Program-made: the position numbers and the translations under genes
NCBI GenBank assembly: GCA_017553035.1
Contig: JAFZNE010000021.1
Span: forward strand, 5,250-69,249
DNA: 64,000 nt
Source of the DNA: Lachnospiraceae bacterium
GTDB taxonomy: Bacteria; Bacillota; Clostridia; Lachnospirales; Lachnospiraceae
Direction of reading: 5' to 3'
The notes under the pieces: generated by a model
Database searches by the model: none
What the model was told of the DNA's origin: nothing
Seen by the model: only the letters and a program-made list of their open reading frames with translations
Shown: one piece after another, positions 7,951 through 18,321 of the stretch
How the letters are laid out: each line of letters starts with the position of its first letter
How positions within the stretch are numbered: position 1 is the first letter of the stretch

Positions 7951-10533
7951 ATGAATATCAACAAATTTACCCAAAAATCAATAGAAAGCCTTCAATTGTG
8001 CGAGAAGACAGCAGGTGAATACGGCAATCCCGAGATCTGTCAGGAACATCTGCTGGCTGCGCTTCTTGAAGTTGAGGACAGCCTGATCGCCGGTCTTATC
8101 GATAAGATGGGCGTTAATAAGGATTCATTTCATGCTGCGGCTTCGGGCCTGGTCAAGAAACTTGTCAGAACATCCGGAGGACAGACTTATTTCAGCAGGG
8201 ACCTGAACAATGCCGTCAATGCAGCCGAAGACGAAGCAAAGGCAATGGGAGATTCCTATGTCTCGGTCGAGCATCTGTTCCTCGCACTGCTAAATCATGC
8301 CAACCGGAATCTGAAAGAACTGTTCAAGACTTATGGGATCACCAGAGACCGTTTTCTTGCCGCACTTGCGGAAGTAAGGGGCAATCAGACCGTCAATACC
8401 GATAATCCCGAAGCAACATATGATTCTCTTGAAAAATACGGACAGGACCTTGTGAGCCGTGCGGAGCAGGGTAAGCTGGATCCTGTTATCGGAAGGGACA
8501 GCGAGATCAGAAATGTTATAAGGATCCTTTCCCGTAAGACCAAGAACAATCCCGTGCTGATCGGTGAACCCGGTGTAGGTAAAACCGCCGTTGTTGAAGG
8601 ACTTGCCCAGCGTATCGTGGCAGGAGATGTTCCGGAGAGCCTGAAGGACAAGAGGATCTTTGCTCTCGATATGGGTGCACTTGTGGCCGGAGCCAAATAC
8701 AGAGGAGAGTTTGAGGAAAGACTCAAAGCAGTTCTTGAAGATATCAGGAAATCCGAAGGAAAGATCATTCTTTTCATCGATGAGATCCATACCATAGTAG
8801 GCGCGGGAGCCGCGGAAGGCTCAATGGATGCCGGAAACATGCTCAAGCCCATGCTTGCAAGGGGTGAGCTGCACTGCATCGGCGCGACCACGCTCGACGA
8901 GCATCGTAAATATATTGAAAAAGATGCTGCCCTGGAACGTCGTTTTCAGCCGGTTATGGTCGACCAGCCGTCTGTTGAGGATACGATCTCGATCCTGCGA
9001 GGCATCAAGGACAGATACGAAGTGTTCCACGGAGTAAAGATCACGGATGCCGCTCTTGTTGCGGCTGCGACACTTTCCAACAGATATATTTCCGACCGTT
9101 TCCTTCCCGATAAGGCAATAGACCTTGTGGATGAGGCTTGTGCGCTTATCAAGACCGAACTGGATTCAATGCCTACCGAGCTTGATGACTTGCGGCGCCA
9201 TATCATGCAGCTCGAGATCGAGGAGGCGGCACTGAAGAAAGAGACCGACGAAGCAAGTGCGGAACGCCTCGAAAATCTGGAAAAAGAGCTTGCAGCCAAG
9301 CGGGACGAGTTCGCCGGGATGAAGCTTCAATGGGATAATGAGAAGAAAGCCGTCGAAAGCATCACCAGATTAAAAGAGGAGATAGACCAGACCAACAATG
9401 ACATTGCTGCGGCAGAGCGTGAATATGATCTGAATAAAGCGGCGGAGCTGCGATACGGCAAACTCCCCGAACTACAGAAGAAGCTCGCGGAAGCCGAGAG
9501 CAAGGTGCATGAACAGGGGCTGACCCTGGTCAGCGAATCGGTCGATGAAGAAGAGATCGCCAAGATCATTTCGAGATGGACGGGAATTCCGGTAGCGAAA
9601 CTGTCCGAGAGTGAGAGATCCAAGGTGCTGAATCTCGGGGACGAGCTCCACAAACGTGTCATAGGACAGGATGAGGGCGTTAAGCTTGTTACCGAAGCCA
9701 TTATCCGTTCCAAGGCCGGCATCAAGGATCCGACCAAACCGATAGGATCGTTCCTGTTCCTCGGACCTACGGGTGTCGGCAAGACCGAGCTTGCCAAATC
9801 ACTTGCGCAGAGCCTGTTTGATGATGAAACCAATATGGTAAGGCTCGATATGAGCGAATATATGGAGAAATTCAGCGTTTCGCGCCTGATCGGAGCGCCT
9901 CCCGGATATGTAGGCTACGATGAGGGCGGACAGCTGACAGAGGCTGTAAGGCGTAAACCCTATTCGGTAGTCCTGTTCGACGAGATCGAGAAGGCACATC
10001 CGGATGTTTTCAATGTGCTCTTACAGGTACTTGACGACGGCCGTATCACCGATTCGCAGGGAAGGACGGTGGATTTTAAGAACACCATCATAATCATGAC
10101 TTCGAACCTGGGCTCGCAGTATCTTCTTGAAGGGATCAAAGAAGACGGAACCATAAGTCCCGAGGCGGAGGAACTTGTAAGAAATGAACTTAAAAACAGC
10201 TTCAGACCTGAATTCCTGAACAGGCTCGATGAAGTGATCATGTTCAAGCCGTTGACCGAAAACGATATTGACAAGATCACGGGCCTGATGCTTGCTGATA
10301 TCAACAGACGTCTGTCCGACCGCAGGATCACGATCAAACTGACAGATGCGGCATACAGATTTATTGCCGAAAACGGTTTTGATCCGTTGTACGGAGCAAG
10401 ACCCCTGAAGCGTTTTATGCAGAAGGAAGTCGAGACTCTTGCGGCAAGGCTGATACTTGAAGGGGCAGCCGGCGAGGGATCGGTGATCACGATAGATTCA
10501 CCCGACGGAAGCAGGCTGACGGCACAGGCATAA
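7951..10533 (+). CDS. clpB: Chaperone/disaggregase ClpB
   Basis: 860 aa with two AAA+ modules ([18 protein letters not shown]) separated by a long coiled-coil middle domain ([21 protein letters not shown]...). Confidence 0.95.
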   Translation: MNINKFTQKSIESLQLCEKTAGEYGNPEICQEHLLAALLEVEDSLIAGLIDKMGVNKDSFHAAASGLVKKLVRTSGGQTYFSRDLNNAVNAAEDEAKAMGDSYVSVEHLFLALLNHANRNLKELFKTYGITRDRFLAALAEVRGNQTVNTDNPEATYDSLEKYGQDLVSRAEQGKLDPVIGRDSEIRNVIRILSRKTKNNPVLIGEPGVGKTAVVEGLAQRIVAGDVPESLKDKRIFALDMGALVAGAKYRGEFEERLKAVLEDIRKSEGKIILFIDEIHTIVGAGAAEGSMDAGNMLKPMLARGELHCIGATTLDEHRKYIEKDAALERRFQPVMVDQPSVEDTISILRGIKDRYEVFHGVKITDAALVAAATLSNRYISDRFLPDKAIDLVDEACALIKTELDSMPTELDDLRRHIMQLEIEEAALKKETDEASAERLENLEKELAAKRDEFAGMKLQWDNEKKAVESITRLKEEIDQTNNDIAAAEREYDLNKAAELRYGKLPELQKKLAEAESKVHEQGLTLVSESVDEEEIAKIISRWTGIPVAKLSESERSKVLNLGDELHKRVIGQDEGVKLVTEAIIRSKAGIKDPTKPIGSFLFLGPTGVGKTELAKSLAQSLFDDETNMVRLDMSEYMEKFSVSRLIGAPPGYVGYDEGGQLTEAVRRKPYSVVLFDEIEKAHPDVFNVLLQVLDDGRITDSQGRTVDFKNTIIIMTSNLGSQYLLEGIKEDGTISPEAEELVRNELKNSFRPEFLNRLDEVIMFKPLTENDIDKITGLMLADINRRLSDRRITIKLTDAAYRFIAENGFDPLYGARPLKRFMQKEVETLAARLILEGAAGEGSVITIDSPDGSRLTAQA

Positions 10534-10580
10534 CGTGTGCATCCTTACGGAAATATCTAAGGAAACTATGATTTTATTGA

Positions 10581-10617
10581 AACGCAGCAGAAGATTTATC
10601 TGCTGCGTTTTTCTTTT
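10581..10617 (+). terminator. Intrinsic terminator after clpB
   Basis: Stem AACGCAGCAG / CTGCTGCGTT with a 9-nt loop, followed by TTTTTCTTTT. Confidence 0.75.
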
Positions 10618-10676
10618 GCTTTTTTTATGTAAATGTGGTATAATCATACAGATAGTGCGTATGTGGAGGTTTAATA

Positions 10677-11213
10677 ATGACTAAGCGATTGGTTGTTTTT
10701 ATAGACGGCGGTGATACCCTGATAGAGGAAGGTTCCGTAAGGCGCGACGAGAATGAGGTGATAATCGGTTCCGATGCTGTTCCGGGCGCGCTCGAAATGT
10801 TGAGAGAGCTCAAAGATGACGGTTATATCCTGTGTCTGGTCGACGATGTGAAGAACCAGGACGTAACAAGCGTATTTATGGCCAATGAACATCTTGACTG
10901 CTTTACCGCGGTAAGTACCATGGAAGAAGCCGGAGCTCAGAAACCTTCAGCCGGGATATTCGAGAATGCGATGAAGAAGCTCGACCTGAAAGAAGAAGAC
11001 AAAAAACGGATCCTGATGGTTGGAAACAGTTGCCGCTGCGACATTGCCGGCGCCAACAGATTCGGGATAACATCCGTATTGATGGACTGGTCTCCGCGTC
11101 ACAGCATGACCCCGCAGAATGCCGATGAAGTACCGGATTTTATCATCCATAAGCCCGATGAATTACCTGACCTGCTCAAAAGACTCGAGAGCAGGAATTA
11201 TGAGAAACACTGA
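10677..11213 (+). CDS. HAD superfamily hydrolase
   Basis: Motif I-like FIDGGDTL, and a late motif VGNSCRCDIAGAN resembling the HAD D/N motif. SD GGAGG lies upstream. Confidence 0.7.
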   Translation: MTKRLVVFIDGGDTLIEEGSVRRDENEVIIGSDAVPGALEMLRELKDDGYILCLVDDVKNQDVTSVFMANEHLDCFTAVSTMEEAGAQKPSAGIFENAMKKLDLKEEDKKRILMVGNSCRCDIAGANRFGITSVLMDWSPRHSMTPQNADEVPDFIIHKPDELPDLLKRLESRNYEKH

Positions 11214-11227
11214 CTTGGAGGTTACAG

Positions 11228-11557
11228 ATGGATTGTAATACCGCGTTGGGATACATCGAACCGTTTCTTCGAAATGAACTGACGGACGAAGAAAAAGAGG
11301 GATTCATCTATCATGTGAACAATTGCAGGGATTGCAGGAACGAACTTGAGTTTTATTATATCACGCATGCGGTTTTCGATGAGCTCGAAAATGATAAGGA
11401 GTCCGAGAATCCCGATTATATCGCAGCATTGAACAGAAAACTCGAGATCTCCCAAAAAGGAGTTAACAGAAGAAGACGACTGAGGCAGATCACGGCGGCG
11501 ATCATCGTTTTGATAATGCTGGCCGTCGCAGCGGTACTTTTCTTTAAACAGATATGA
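11228..11557 (+). CDS. zf-HC2 (ZAS-type) putative anti-sigma factor, single-pass membrane protein
   Basis: H-x3-C-x2-C motif HVNNCRDC after an N-terminal Cys, and a C-terminal TM helix ITAAIIVLIMLAVAAVLFF. Confidence 0.55.
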   Translation: MDCNTALGYIEPFLRNELTDEEKEGFIYHVNNCRDCRNELEFYYITHAVFDELENDKESENPDYIAALNRKLEISQKGVNRRRRLRQITAAIIVLIMLAVAAVLFFKQI

Positions 11558-11573
11558 TATTTGGAGATTTGCC

Positions 11574-14429
11574 ATGTCAGATATACAGGAACAAAAGCTT
11601 CTTGTGCTTATAGACGGATCGAGCCTGCTGAGTACCCAATATTACGGGAACCTTCCGATCGAAGTGCTCACGGCGAAGACCGAAGAAGAAAAACAGCAAT
11701 ATTACGGTAAGATCATGCACAGCCCGAAAGGCGTTTACACTAACGCAATATACGGCTTCATGAGAGCGCTGCTGAAGATATGCAGGGAACAGAAGCCTAC
11801 ACATATCGCGGTAGCCTGGGATGTAACGAGAGATACTTTCAGAAGAGAGCTTTATCCGGATTATAAAGCTAACAGACTAGAGACGGCAGCACCTCTTAAA
11901 GAACAGTTCGTACTGTGCCAGGAGATCCTCGGCAAGATAGGAGTCAGGCAGTTCATGAGCCCCACTTACGAGGCGGATGACTACTGTGGCACATTATCGA
12001 AACAGTTTGAAAATGAGATCCCGGTAAGGATACTGACCAAGGATCATGATTATCTGCAGCTTGTTTCGGACCGGACCAATCTCTGGATGATATATTCAAG
12101 CATAGCAAAAGCAGATGAATTATATAAAAAATACGGAATATCAAAAGACGGCAGTGTTCCGGAAAAGTGCTTCGAGCTGACGCCCCGGCTCGTTAAAAGC
12201 GAATTCGGAGTAGAACCCGCCTCGATCGCCGACCTGAAGGGACTGCAGGGCGATTCTTCGGACAATATCAAGGGCGTTCCCGGAGTCGGACCTGCAACGG
12301 CGGTTGCATTGATCGCACATTACAAGACGGTGGAAGCGCTGTATGGCGCGATGGAGGGACTTGATGAAGCCGGACTCAAGAATCTGGCCGCCTCGTGGAA
12401 GGATATAGGGATCTCAAGATCTCCCATAGCAAAGCTCATCAAGGAAGATGACAATGAGCTCACAGGCCGCAAAGCAGCATTTCTTTCCAAACAGCTTGCT
12501 ACGATCAAGCGGGACATAGATCTTGAAGGACTCTGCCTCGATGATCTTAGTCTTAACATTGATACAAATGAGCTTCAGACGATATTTGACGAGCTGGATA
12601 TAAAGTCGATCAAGGCTGATATCGGAACCGAGACGGCCAAGCCTTCGTCTGTTGAATATAAGTTCCTAGAAGGGATCACCGAGGTCGAAGAACTGATAGG
12701 AAAGATCCTGGACAATAGAGGAATGACGCCTGATGTGGCCGAAGTATCCGAAACCCTGGCAGGAGCGGCAGTCCTGTTTGACAGGAAAGATCCGGTTGCA
12801 CTTGCATTGTCGTTCGAAGATGACAATTACATTATCGAGAGCGGCGGATTCATTACCGGAGCATACCTTGGCGACCTGCTCGTAAGACTGGACAATCAGG
12901 GTGTTAATATAAGCTTTTTTGACATTAAGAGTATTGTTAAGACATTTGATATTACGGGATTTATCAATGCGTTTGATATTTCGGTGGCCGCGTATCTGCT
13001 TGATCCGCTGAGCCAGAATTATGACTGTGTATCCGTTTCGAGAAAGTATCTTGAAAGGTTCGGTACCGGTATTGCCGAGATCACAGGCAAAGGTAATCCC
13101 ACCCAGCGCTGGAATGAGGACAGGGACCGGCTGGCTGCGGCACTTGCATTTGAAAGTGCCTCGGCGAAGGATGTTTATCCCATCATGCGCAGGCAGCTTC
13201 AAGAAGGCGGGATGACGGACCTTTATTATCATATCGAACTGCCTCTCGTATATACTTTGAGCGGGATGGAAAAAGCCGGGATCATGGTCGAAAAGGAACA
13301 GCTTAAAGATTTCGGCATGAGCCTGAAAAGCGATATAGACAGACTCGAGAAGGAAATATGGCAGGCTGCGGGTGAAGAATTCAACATCAATTCGCCTAAA
13401 CAGCTCGGAACGATATTATTTGATAAACTCAGGCTCCCGGGCGGTAAGAAGACCAAATCGGGATATTCTACATCGGCCGATGTCCTTGAAAAGATAAAAC
13501 TTGAGGATCCGATCATAGAGAAGATCCTCGAATACAGGCAGCTGACCAAGCTGAATTCAACTTACGCGGAAGGCCTGTATGATTATATCGATGAAGACGG
13601 AAGGATAAGGACTACCTTCAATCAGACCGTTACCGCAACGGGACGTTTGAGCAGCACCGATCCGAATCTTCAGAACATACCGATAAGGACGAGCCTCGGA
13701 CGCGAGATCAGAAAAGTTTTTGTCGCTTCGCCCGGATGCGTATTTATCGACGCGGATTATTCACAGATAGAGCTGAGGATACTTGCGGCAATGTCCGGAG
13801 ATGAGAAGCTGATCGCGGCATACAGGAATTCCGAAGACATTCACAGGGCTACGGCGGCAGCTGTATTCCATGTTCCGCCCGAAGAGGTGACCCCGCAGCT
13901 GCGAAGCCGCGCGAAAGCCGTTAATTTCGGAATAGTTTACGGTATCAGCTCGTTCGGACTTGGCGAAGACCTCAAGATCTCGAAGAAAGAGGCGGAAAAA
14001 TACATTTCGGATTATTTTGAAACATATCCGAAGATCAAGAAATTCCTCGATGACCTGGTCTCATCGGCCAGGGAAAAAGGCTGGGCCGTAACGGGATTCG
14101 GGAGAAGACGCCCGATACCGGAACTTGCATCTTCGAATTTCATGCAGCGCCAGTTCGGTGAACGTGTTGCAATGAATACACCGGTGCAGGGAACGGCAGC
14201 GGACATCATCAAGACCGCTATGATAAGGGTCGATGCGAGACTTCGATCGGAATGCCCCTCGGCGAAACTTCTGCTTCAGGTTCACGATGAGCTTCTGGTC
14301 GAGGCACGTATAGAAGATAAAGAGCTTGTGAAAAATATACTTGTTGAAGAAATGCAGGGCGCGGCGGATCTCCCGGTAAAACTGGAGGTCAGCGTAGAAT
14401 CGGGCCGCAACTGGTTCGAGGCGCATTAA
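11574..14429 (+). CDS. polA: DNA polymerase I
   Basis: Contains a 5' nuclease domain (LIDGSSLL...), and polymerase motifs DYSQIELRILA, RSRAKAVNFGIVYG and QVHDELLVE. Confidence 0.95.
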   Translation: MSDIQEQKLLVLIDGSSLLSTQYYGNLPIEVLTAKTEEEKQQYYGKIMHSPKGVYTNAIYGFMRALLKICREQKPTHIAVAWDVTRDTFRRELYPDYKANRLETAAPLKEQFVLCQEILGKIGVRQFMSPTYEADDYCGTLSKQFENEIPVRILTKDHDYLQLVSDRTNLWMIYSSIAKADELYKKYGISKDGSVPEKCFELTPRLVKSEFGVEPASIADLKGLQGDSSDNIKGVPGVGPATAVALIAHYKTVEALYGAMEGLDEAGLKNLAASWKDIGISRSPIAKLIKEDDNELTGRKAAFLSKQLATIKRDIDLEGLCLDDLSLNIDTNELQTIFDELDIKSIKADIGTETAKPSSVEYKFLEGITEVEELIGKILDNRGMTPDVAEVSETLAGAAVLFDRKDPVALALSFEDDNYIIESGGFITGAYLGDLLVRLDNQGVNISFFDIKSIVKTFDITGFINAFDISVAAYLLDPLSQNYDCVSVSRKYLERFGTGIAEITGKGNPTQRWNEDRDRLAAALAFESASAKDVYPIMRRQLQEGGMTDLYYHIELPLVYTLSGMEKAGIMVEKEQLKDFGMSLKSDIDRLEKEIWQAAGEEFNINSPKQLGTILFDKLRLPGGKKTKSGYSTSADVLEKIKLEDPIIEKILEYRQLTKLNSTYAEGLYDYIDEDGRIRTTFNQTVTATGRLSSTDPNLQNIPIRTSLGREIRKVFVASPGCVFIDADYSQIELRILAAMSGDEKLIAAYRNSEDIHRATAAAVFHVPPEEVTPQLRSRAKAVNFGIVYGISSFGLGEDLKISKKEAEKYISDYFETYPKIKKFLDDLVSSAREKGWAVTGFGRRRPIPELASSNFMQRQFGERVAMNTPVQGTAADIIKTAMIRVDARLRSECPSAKLLLQVHDELLVEARIEDKELVKNILVEEMQGAADLPVKLEVSVESGRNWFEAH

Positions 14430-14450
14430 AGATTAATTCGGGAGATCGGA

Positions 14451-15086
14451 ATGAAGGTAATCGGATTGACAGGCGGCGCAGGTTGCGGAAAGTCTTACGT
14501 TGCCGGAGTTATTATGAGAAATTTCCCCATTCTGCATATAAGTACCGATGATATTTCACGCAGGCAGATGAGGCCCGGTCAGGCCGTATATGATGCGGTG
14601 GTCCGGGAATTCGGAAACAAGATCGTCAAAGACGACGGGACCATAGACCGTTCGGGACTTGCGGGCATAGTATTTTCCGATCCGGATAAGCTCAGGATAC
14701 TGGAAGGGATCACGCATCCCGCGGTATTTGAGGAACTGAAAAGGATCATAAAGGTAGCCGAAGACGGGCTGGTGCTGAGTCCGATATTCGACAGACCGAT
14801 ACCTTACAAGGCGGTCCTTGTTGAAACGGCGATATTGAAAGAAGCCGGATACTGTGACATGTGTGATGCGGTATGGTATGTCTATGCACCGGAAGAACAG
14901 CGTATCGAAAGAATGATCCTTCAACGCGGATATACACGCAAGCGGTGCCTGGAAACTCTTGCAAGCCAGGCGACCGATGAGGAATTCCGCAGTTATGCGA
15001 CCGGAATAATCGAAAATCCTGACAGGACAAGGGAATGCGACATTTTGAGACAGGTCAGGGAACTTATCAGAGAAATGAAACTATAA
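14451..15086 (+). CDS. coaE: Dephospho-CoA kinase
   Basis: P-loop GLTGGAGCGKS at the N-terminus. The polA-coaE order is typical of Bacillota. Confidence 0.9.
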   Translation: MKVIGLTGGAGCGKSYVAGVIMRNFPILHISTDDISRRQMRPGQAVYDAVVREFGNKIVKDDGTIDRSGLAGIVFSDPDKLRILEGITHPAVFEELKRIIKVAEDGLVLSPIFDRPIPYKAVLVETAILKEAGYCDMCDAVWYVYAPEEQRIERMILQRGYTRKRCLETLASQATDEEFRSYATGIIENPDRTRECDILRQVRELIREMKL

Positions 15087-15102
15087 GAGAGGACTTGCGG
15101 CT

Positions 15103-17127
15103 ATGAAGACGAATACCAATCCTGAACAGCTTGTTTTTGGTCTTGATATAGGGACGCGAAGTGTTGTCGGAACAGTAGGTTATAAAAAGAATGCAAGGGA
15201 GTTTATCGTTATCGCTCAGTCGGTGCGTTTCCACGAAACGCGCGCCATGCTCGACGGACAGATACATGACATTTCGGCCGTAGCCGAGACCGTGGGAGAA
15301 GTTCGCCGCGAACTCGAGAAGAAGACCGGAAAGAAGCTTACGGACGTATGTGTGGCAGCAGCGGGCCGTGTCCTTAAAACCCACACGATAAGGACGGATT
15401 ACGGTCTCGGCGAGGAAATGACCATTACCGACGAACTGATCCGTTCAATGGAACTGATCGGTGTTGAGCAGGCCAATTCCGAACTCCGGGCCAAGGAAAA
15501 ATCGGACGTCACATATTTCTGTGTGGGTTATTCGGTGATCCGTTACTATCTGGGCGATGTACCGATGCTGAGCCTTGAAGGACACAAGGGCTCGAGGATC
15601 GGAGCCGATATCCTGGCTACATTCCTTCCTCAGGACGTTGTTGACGGACTTAACGCAGCTACGGACCGGGCAGGCCTTAACGTAGTCAACCTGACACTGG
15701 AGCCTATCGCTGCGATCAATCTGGCGATACCCGAGAAGTTCAGGCTTTTGAACCTCGCACTTGTAGATATAGGGGCGGGAACATCGGATATCTGTATTAC
15801 CAAGGGCGGCAGTGTTGTGGCCTACGGGATGATCCCCTGCGCCGGTGATTATCTGACCGAGGCGATAATGACCGAATATCTGGTAGAATTTAACACCGCG
15901 GAAGAGATCAAGCTTGCACTTTCGGAGAATAAGAAAAAAATATCATATACGGACATCATGGGACTGAAGCAGAGCGTTCTGCCTTCCGAGGTCAGAAAGG
16001 TCCTCGACAAGCCTATGAGGGAGCTCGCAAAGCAGATCGCCGAGAAGATAACCAAACTCAACGGCAATAAGGGCGTCAGCGCAATATTCGTGGTTGGTGG
16101 CGGCGGCAAGAATCCCGATTTTGTAAAGATCCTGAGCGAGAGCGCCAGGCTTTCCAAGGACAGGGTTGCGCTGCGCGGTGAGGAAGTACTCAATGACGTA
16201 CATTTCCTTGAAGAAGACATTGTCAAGGATCCGATGCTCGTTACGCCTATCGGTATATGCCTGAACTATTACGAGCAGAACAACAATTTCATTTTCGTAA
16301 AATGCAATGATGATCTTGTCAAACTCTATGATAACGGAAGACTGACCGTCATGGATGCCGCGATGGGCATAGGTTTCCCGAACGAGAATCTGTTCCCGAA
16401 ACGCGGAAAGGAGCTTGATTTTACAGTCAACGGCCAGAGAAGGCTGATACGCGGCGAGGCCGGTGAATCGGCCGTAATAACCATCAACGGCAAGCCCGCT
16501 TCGATCGCATCGCCCGTAGTGCGCAACGATGAGATCAAGATTTCCGAATCGACAGCAGGAACGGATGCACATGCCACTATCAGCGATCTCGACGGGATCA
16601 AGGGAAGCATCATTTTCTATGTGAACGGCAAGAAAGTTTCGTGTCCGAAGCTCGTTACGAACGGAACCGAGCTGGTCACGGAAATGTACGATATCAAGAG
16701 CGGCGATGATATCAAGGTGCTTGATTATTATACTGTTGACAAGCTGATCGAATATATGGATGTCGATCGCGAAGGCACCGTCATGGTAAACAATGTCATA
16801 GCACTCGGCGATGAAAAACTGTATGAGAATTTCACGGTTGATTTCGGAATAACCAACGCAGACCTGACGGCGGCGGAAAGAGAAAACGGAACGCTTGCGA
16901 AACAGGAAGCAAAGGAGATTTCGAAGAGTATCACGATAAAAGTCAACGGACAGAACGTCGTGATGACCGGACAGAGTGATTATACTTTTGTTAATATCCT
17001 TGATTTTTATCCTTTCGATATTGCCGAGGGTAACGGCAGGGATCTGTTCATGACCGTAAACGGCCAAAAAGCTGAATTTATCACGCCTGTAGCGGACCAA
17101 GACGAGGTGGATCTTAAGTGGGTCTGA
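15103..17127 (+). CDS. FtsA/PilM-like actin-fold (ASKHA) ATPase with a long C-terminal repeat region
   Basis: Phosphate-1 FGLDIGTRSVVG, phosphate-2 LVDIGAGTSDI and adenosine motif VVGGGGKN. The C-terminal ~280 aa carries repeated VNG...acidic modules. Confidence 0.7.
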   Translation: MKTNTNPEQLVFGLDIGTRSVVGTVGYKKNAREFIVIAQSVRFHETRAMLDGQIHDISAVAETVGEVRRELEKKTGKKLTDVCVAAAGRVLKTHTIRTDYGLGEEMTITDELIRSMELIGVEQANSELRAKEKSDVTYFCVGYSVIRYYLGDVPMLSLEGHKGSRIGADILATFLPQDVVDGLNAATDRAGLNVVNLTLEPIAAINLAIPEKFRLLNLALVDIGAGTSDICITKGGSVVAYGMIPCAGDYLTEAIMTEYLVEFNTAEEIKLALSENKKKISYTDIMGLKQSVLPSEVRKVLDKPMRELAKQIAEKITKLNGNKGVSAIFVVGGGGKNPDFVKILSESARLSKDRVALRGEEVLNDVHFLEEDIVKDPMLVTPIGICLNYYEQNNNFIFVKCNDDLVKLYDNGRLTVMDAAMGIGFPNENLFPKRGKELDFTVNGQRRLIRGEAGESAVITINGKPASIASPVVRNDEIKISESTAGTDAHATISDLDGIKGSIIFYVNGKKVSCPKLVTNGTELVTEMYDIKSGDDIKVLDYYTVDKLIEYMDVDREGTVMVNNVIALGDEKLYENFTVDFGITNADLTAAERENGTLAKQEAKEISKSITIKVNGQNVVMTGQSDYTFVNILDFYPFDIAEGNGRDLFMTVNGQKAEFITPVADQDEVDLKWV

Positions 17128-17237
17128 CTCAGAATTGACCCGAATCGAGAACAAAATAAGCATTTATGTGACATAATTCTGCACGAATTGAATGTCATTT
17201 TAGAAATATGAAGATAGGTTAAAGGAAAATACTGAAT

Positions 17238-18032
17238 ATGAAATTCTGCGCGCTCGCGAGCGGTAGCAGCGGAAACTGTATATATGTAGAACATAAAGGA
17301 ACCAGGATCCTCGTGGATGCGGGGATCAGCGCGAAGAGGATCGCCGAAGCGCTCGGGGAGATAGGGGTTGAACCCGAGAGTATCGAGGCGATGCTGATAA
17401 CACATGACCATTCGGATCATATCCAGGGGGCGGCTGTATTTTCACGAAAATACGGAACTGATATATATGCGACACAAGGTACACTGCAATATATCTGCGC
17501 CAACTGCCGTGCCAAACCCGACAATTCAAGACAGCATTTTGTAAGAAAGACCGAAGCTTTCGATATCGGAAATATCAGGATCGAGCCTTTTGCGGTCCTG
17601 CACGATGCGATCGATCCTGTCGGATATGCTCTGTGCGGAGATGACCGGCGTCTCGGAATTGCGACCGATCTGGGAACATTTGATGAGGTTATCGTATCAA
17701 AACTCTTCGGGGCCGACGCACTCTATATAGAGGCGAACCACGACGTGAACATGCTGATGCTCGGAACTTATCCGTATCAGATCAAATGCAGGATCAATTC
17801 GGATATAGGGCATTTATCCAATGAAGCATGTGCGGATCTTATCGGCAGGGTACGTACGGAGAGGATGAAAACCGTGGTACTCGCTCATATCAGCCGGGAA
17901 AACAATTTCGCAGAACTGGCTTATGAGACCGTGAAACAATCAATACTGTCGGACAAACGTTTTGAAAACGTCCCGGAACTGATAATAGCAAGACGTGACG
18001 GGCCGACCGGGATAATAGAATTAGGAGGTTAA
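17238..18032 (+). CDS. MBL-fold metallo-hydrolase (YycJ/WalJ-like)
   Basis: Metal-binding motif ITHDHSDH. 264 aa. Confidence 0.8.
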   Translation: MKFCALASGSSGNCIYVEHKGTRILVDAGISAKRIAEALGEIGVEPESIEAMLITHDHSDHIQGAAVFSRKYGTDIYATQGTLQYICANCRAKPDNSRQHFVRKTEAFDIGNIRIEPFAVLHDAIDPVGYALCGDDRRLGIATDLGTFDEVIVSKLFGADALYIEANHDVNMLMLGTYPYQIKCRINSDIGHLSNEACADLIGRVRTERMKTVVLAHISRENNFAELAYETVKQSILSDKRFENVPELIIARRDGPTGIIELGG

Positions 18033-18035
18033 TCC

Positions 18036-18308
18036 ATGCAAAAAGTGATAATAACGGTAGTCGGCAAGGACTGCGTGGGGATCATGGCCAAGGTCTGCAC
18101 CTATCTTGCGGACAACAAGATCAATATCAACGACATTTCACAGACCATCGTGTCAGGCTATTTCAACATGATGATGATCGCGGATCCGGAACTGTCGCCG
18201 CTTCCTTTTGACAAGATCGAGAAAGATCTTGAGGAACTCGGGGAAAAGATCGGAGTACACATCAAGATCCAGAGAGAAGAAATATTTGCGATGATGCATC
18301 GTATCTAG
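18036..18308 (+). CDS. ACT domain protein (UPF0237-like)
   Basis: 90 aa with the pattern [27 protein letters not shown] typical of single ACT domains. It is paired with the following UPF0210 gene. Confidence 0.75.
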   Translation: MQKVIITVVGKDCVGIMAKVCTYLADNKININDISQTIVSGYFNMMMIADPELSPLPFDKIEKDLEELGEKIGVHIKIQREEIFAMMHRI

Positions 18309-18321
18309 AGGGCGGCAGACT

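Noticed and set aside
15943-17163. 406-codon ORF on the minus strand inside the FtsA-like gene. Similar long antisense ORFs occur at 2859..4004, 31711..32595, 37881..38960 and 46821..47744.
   Set aside because: I checked 15943..17163, 2859..4004 and 37881..38960: each is in exact codon register with the sense gene (coordinates congruent mod 3). Antisense stops there can only arise from sense TTA, CTA or TCA codons, which these genes evidently avoid. I assume the same for 31711..32595 and 46821..47744. The translations are low-complexity with no motifs and no SD sequences. These are compositional artefacts.
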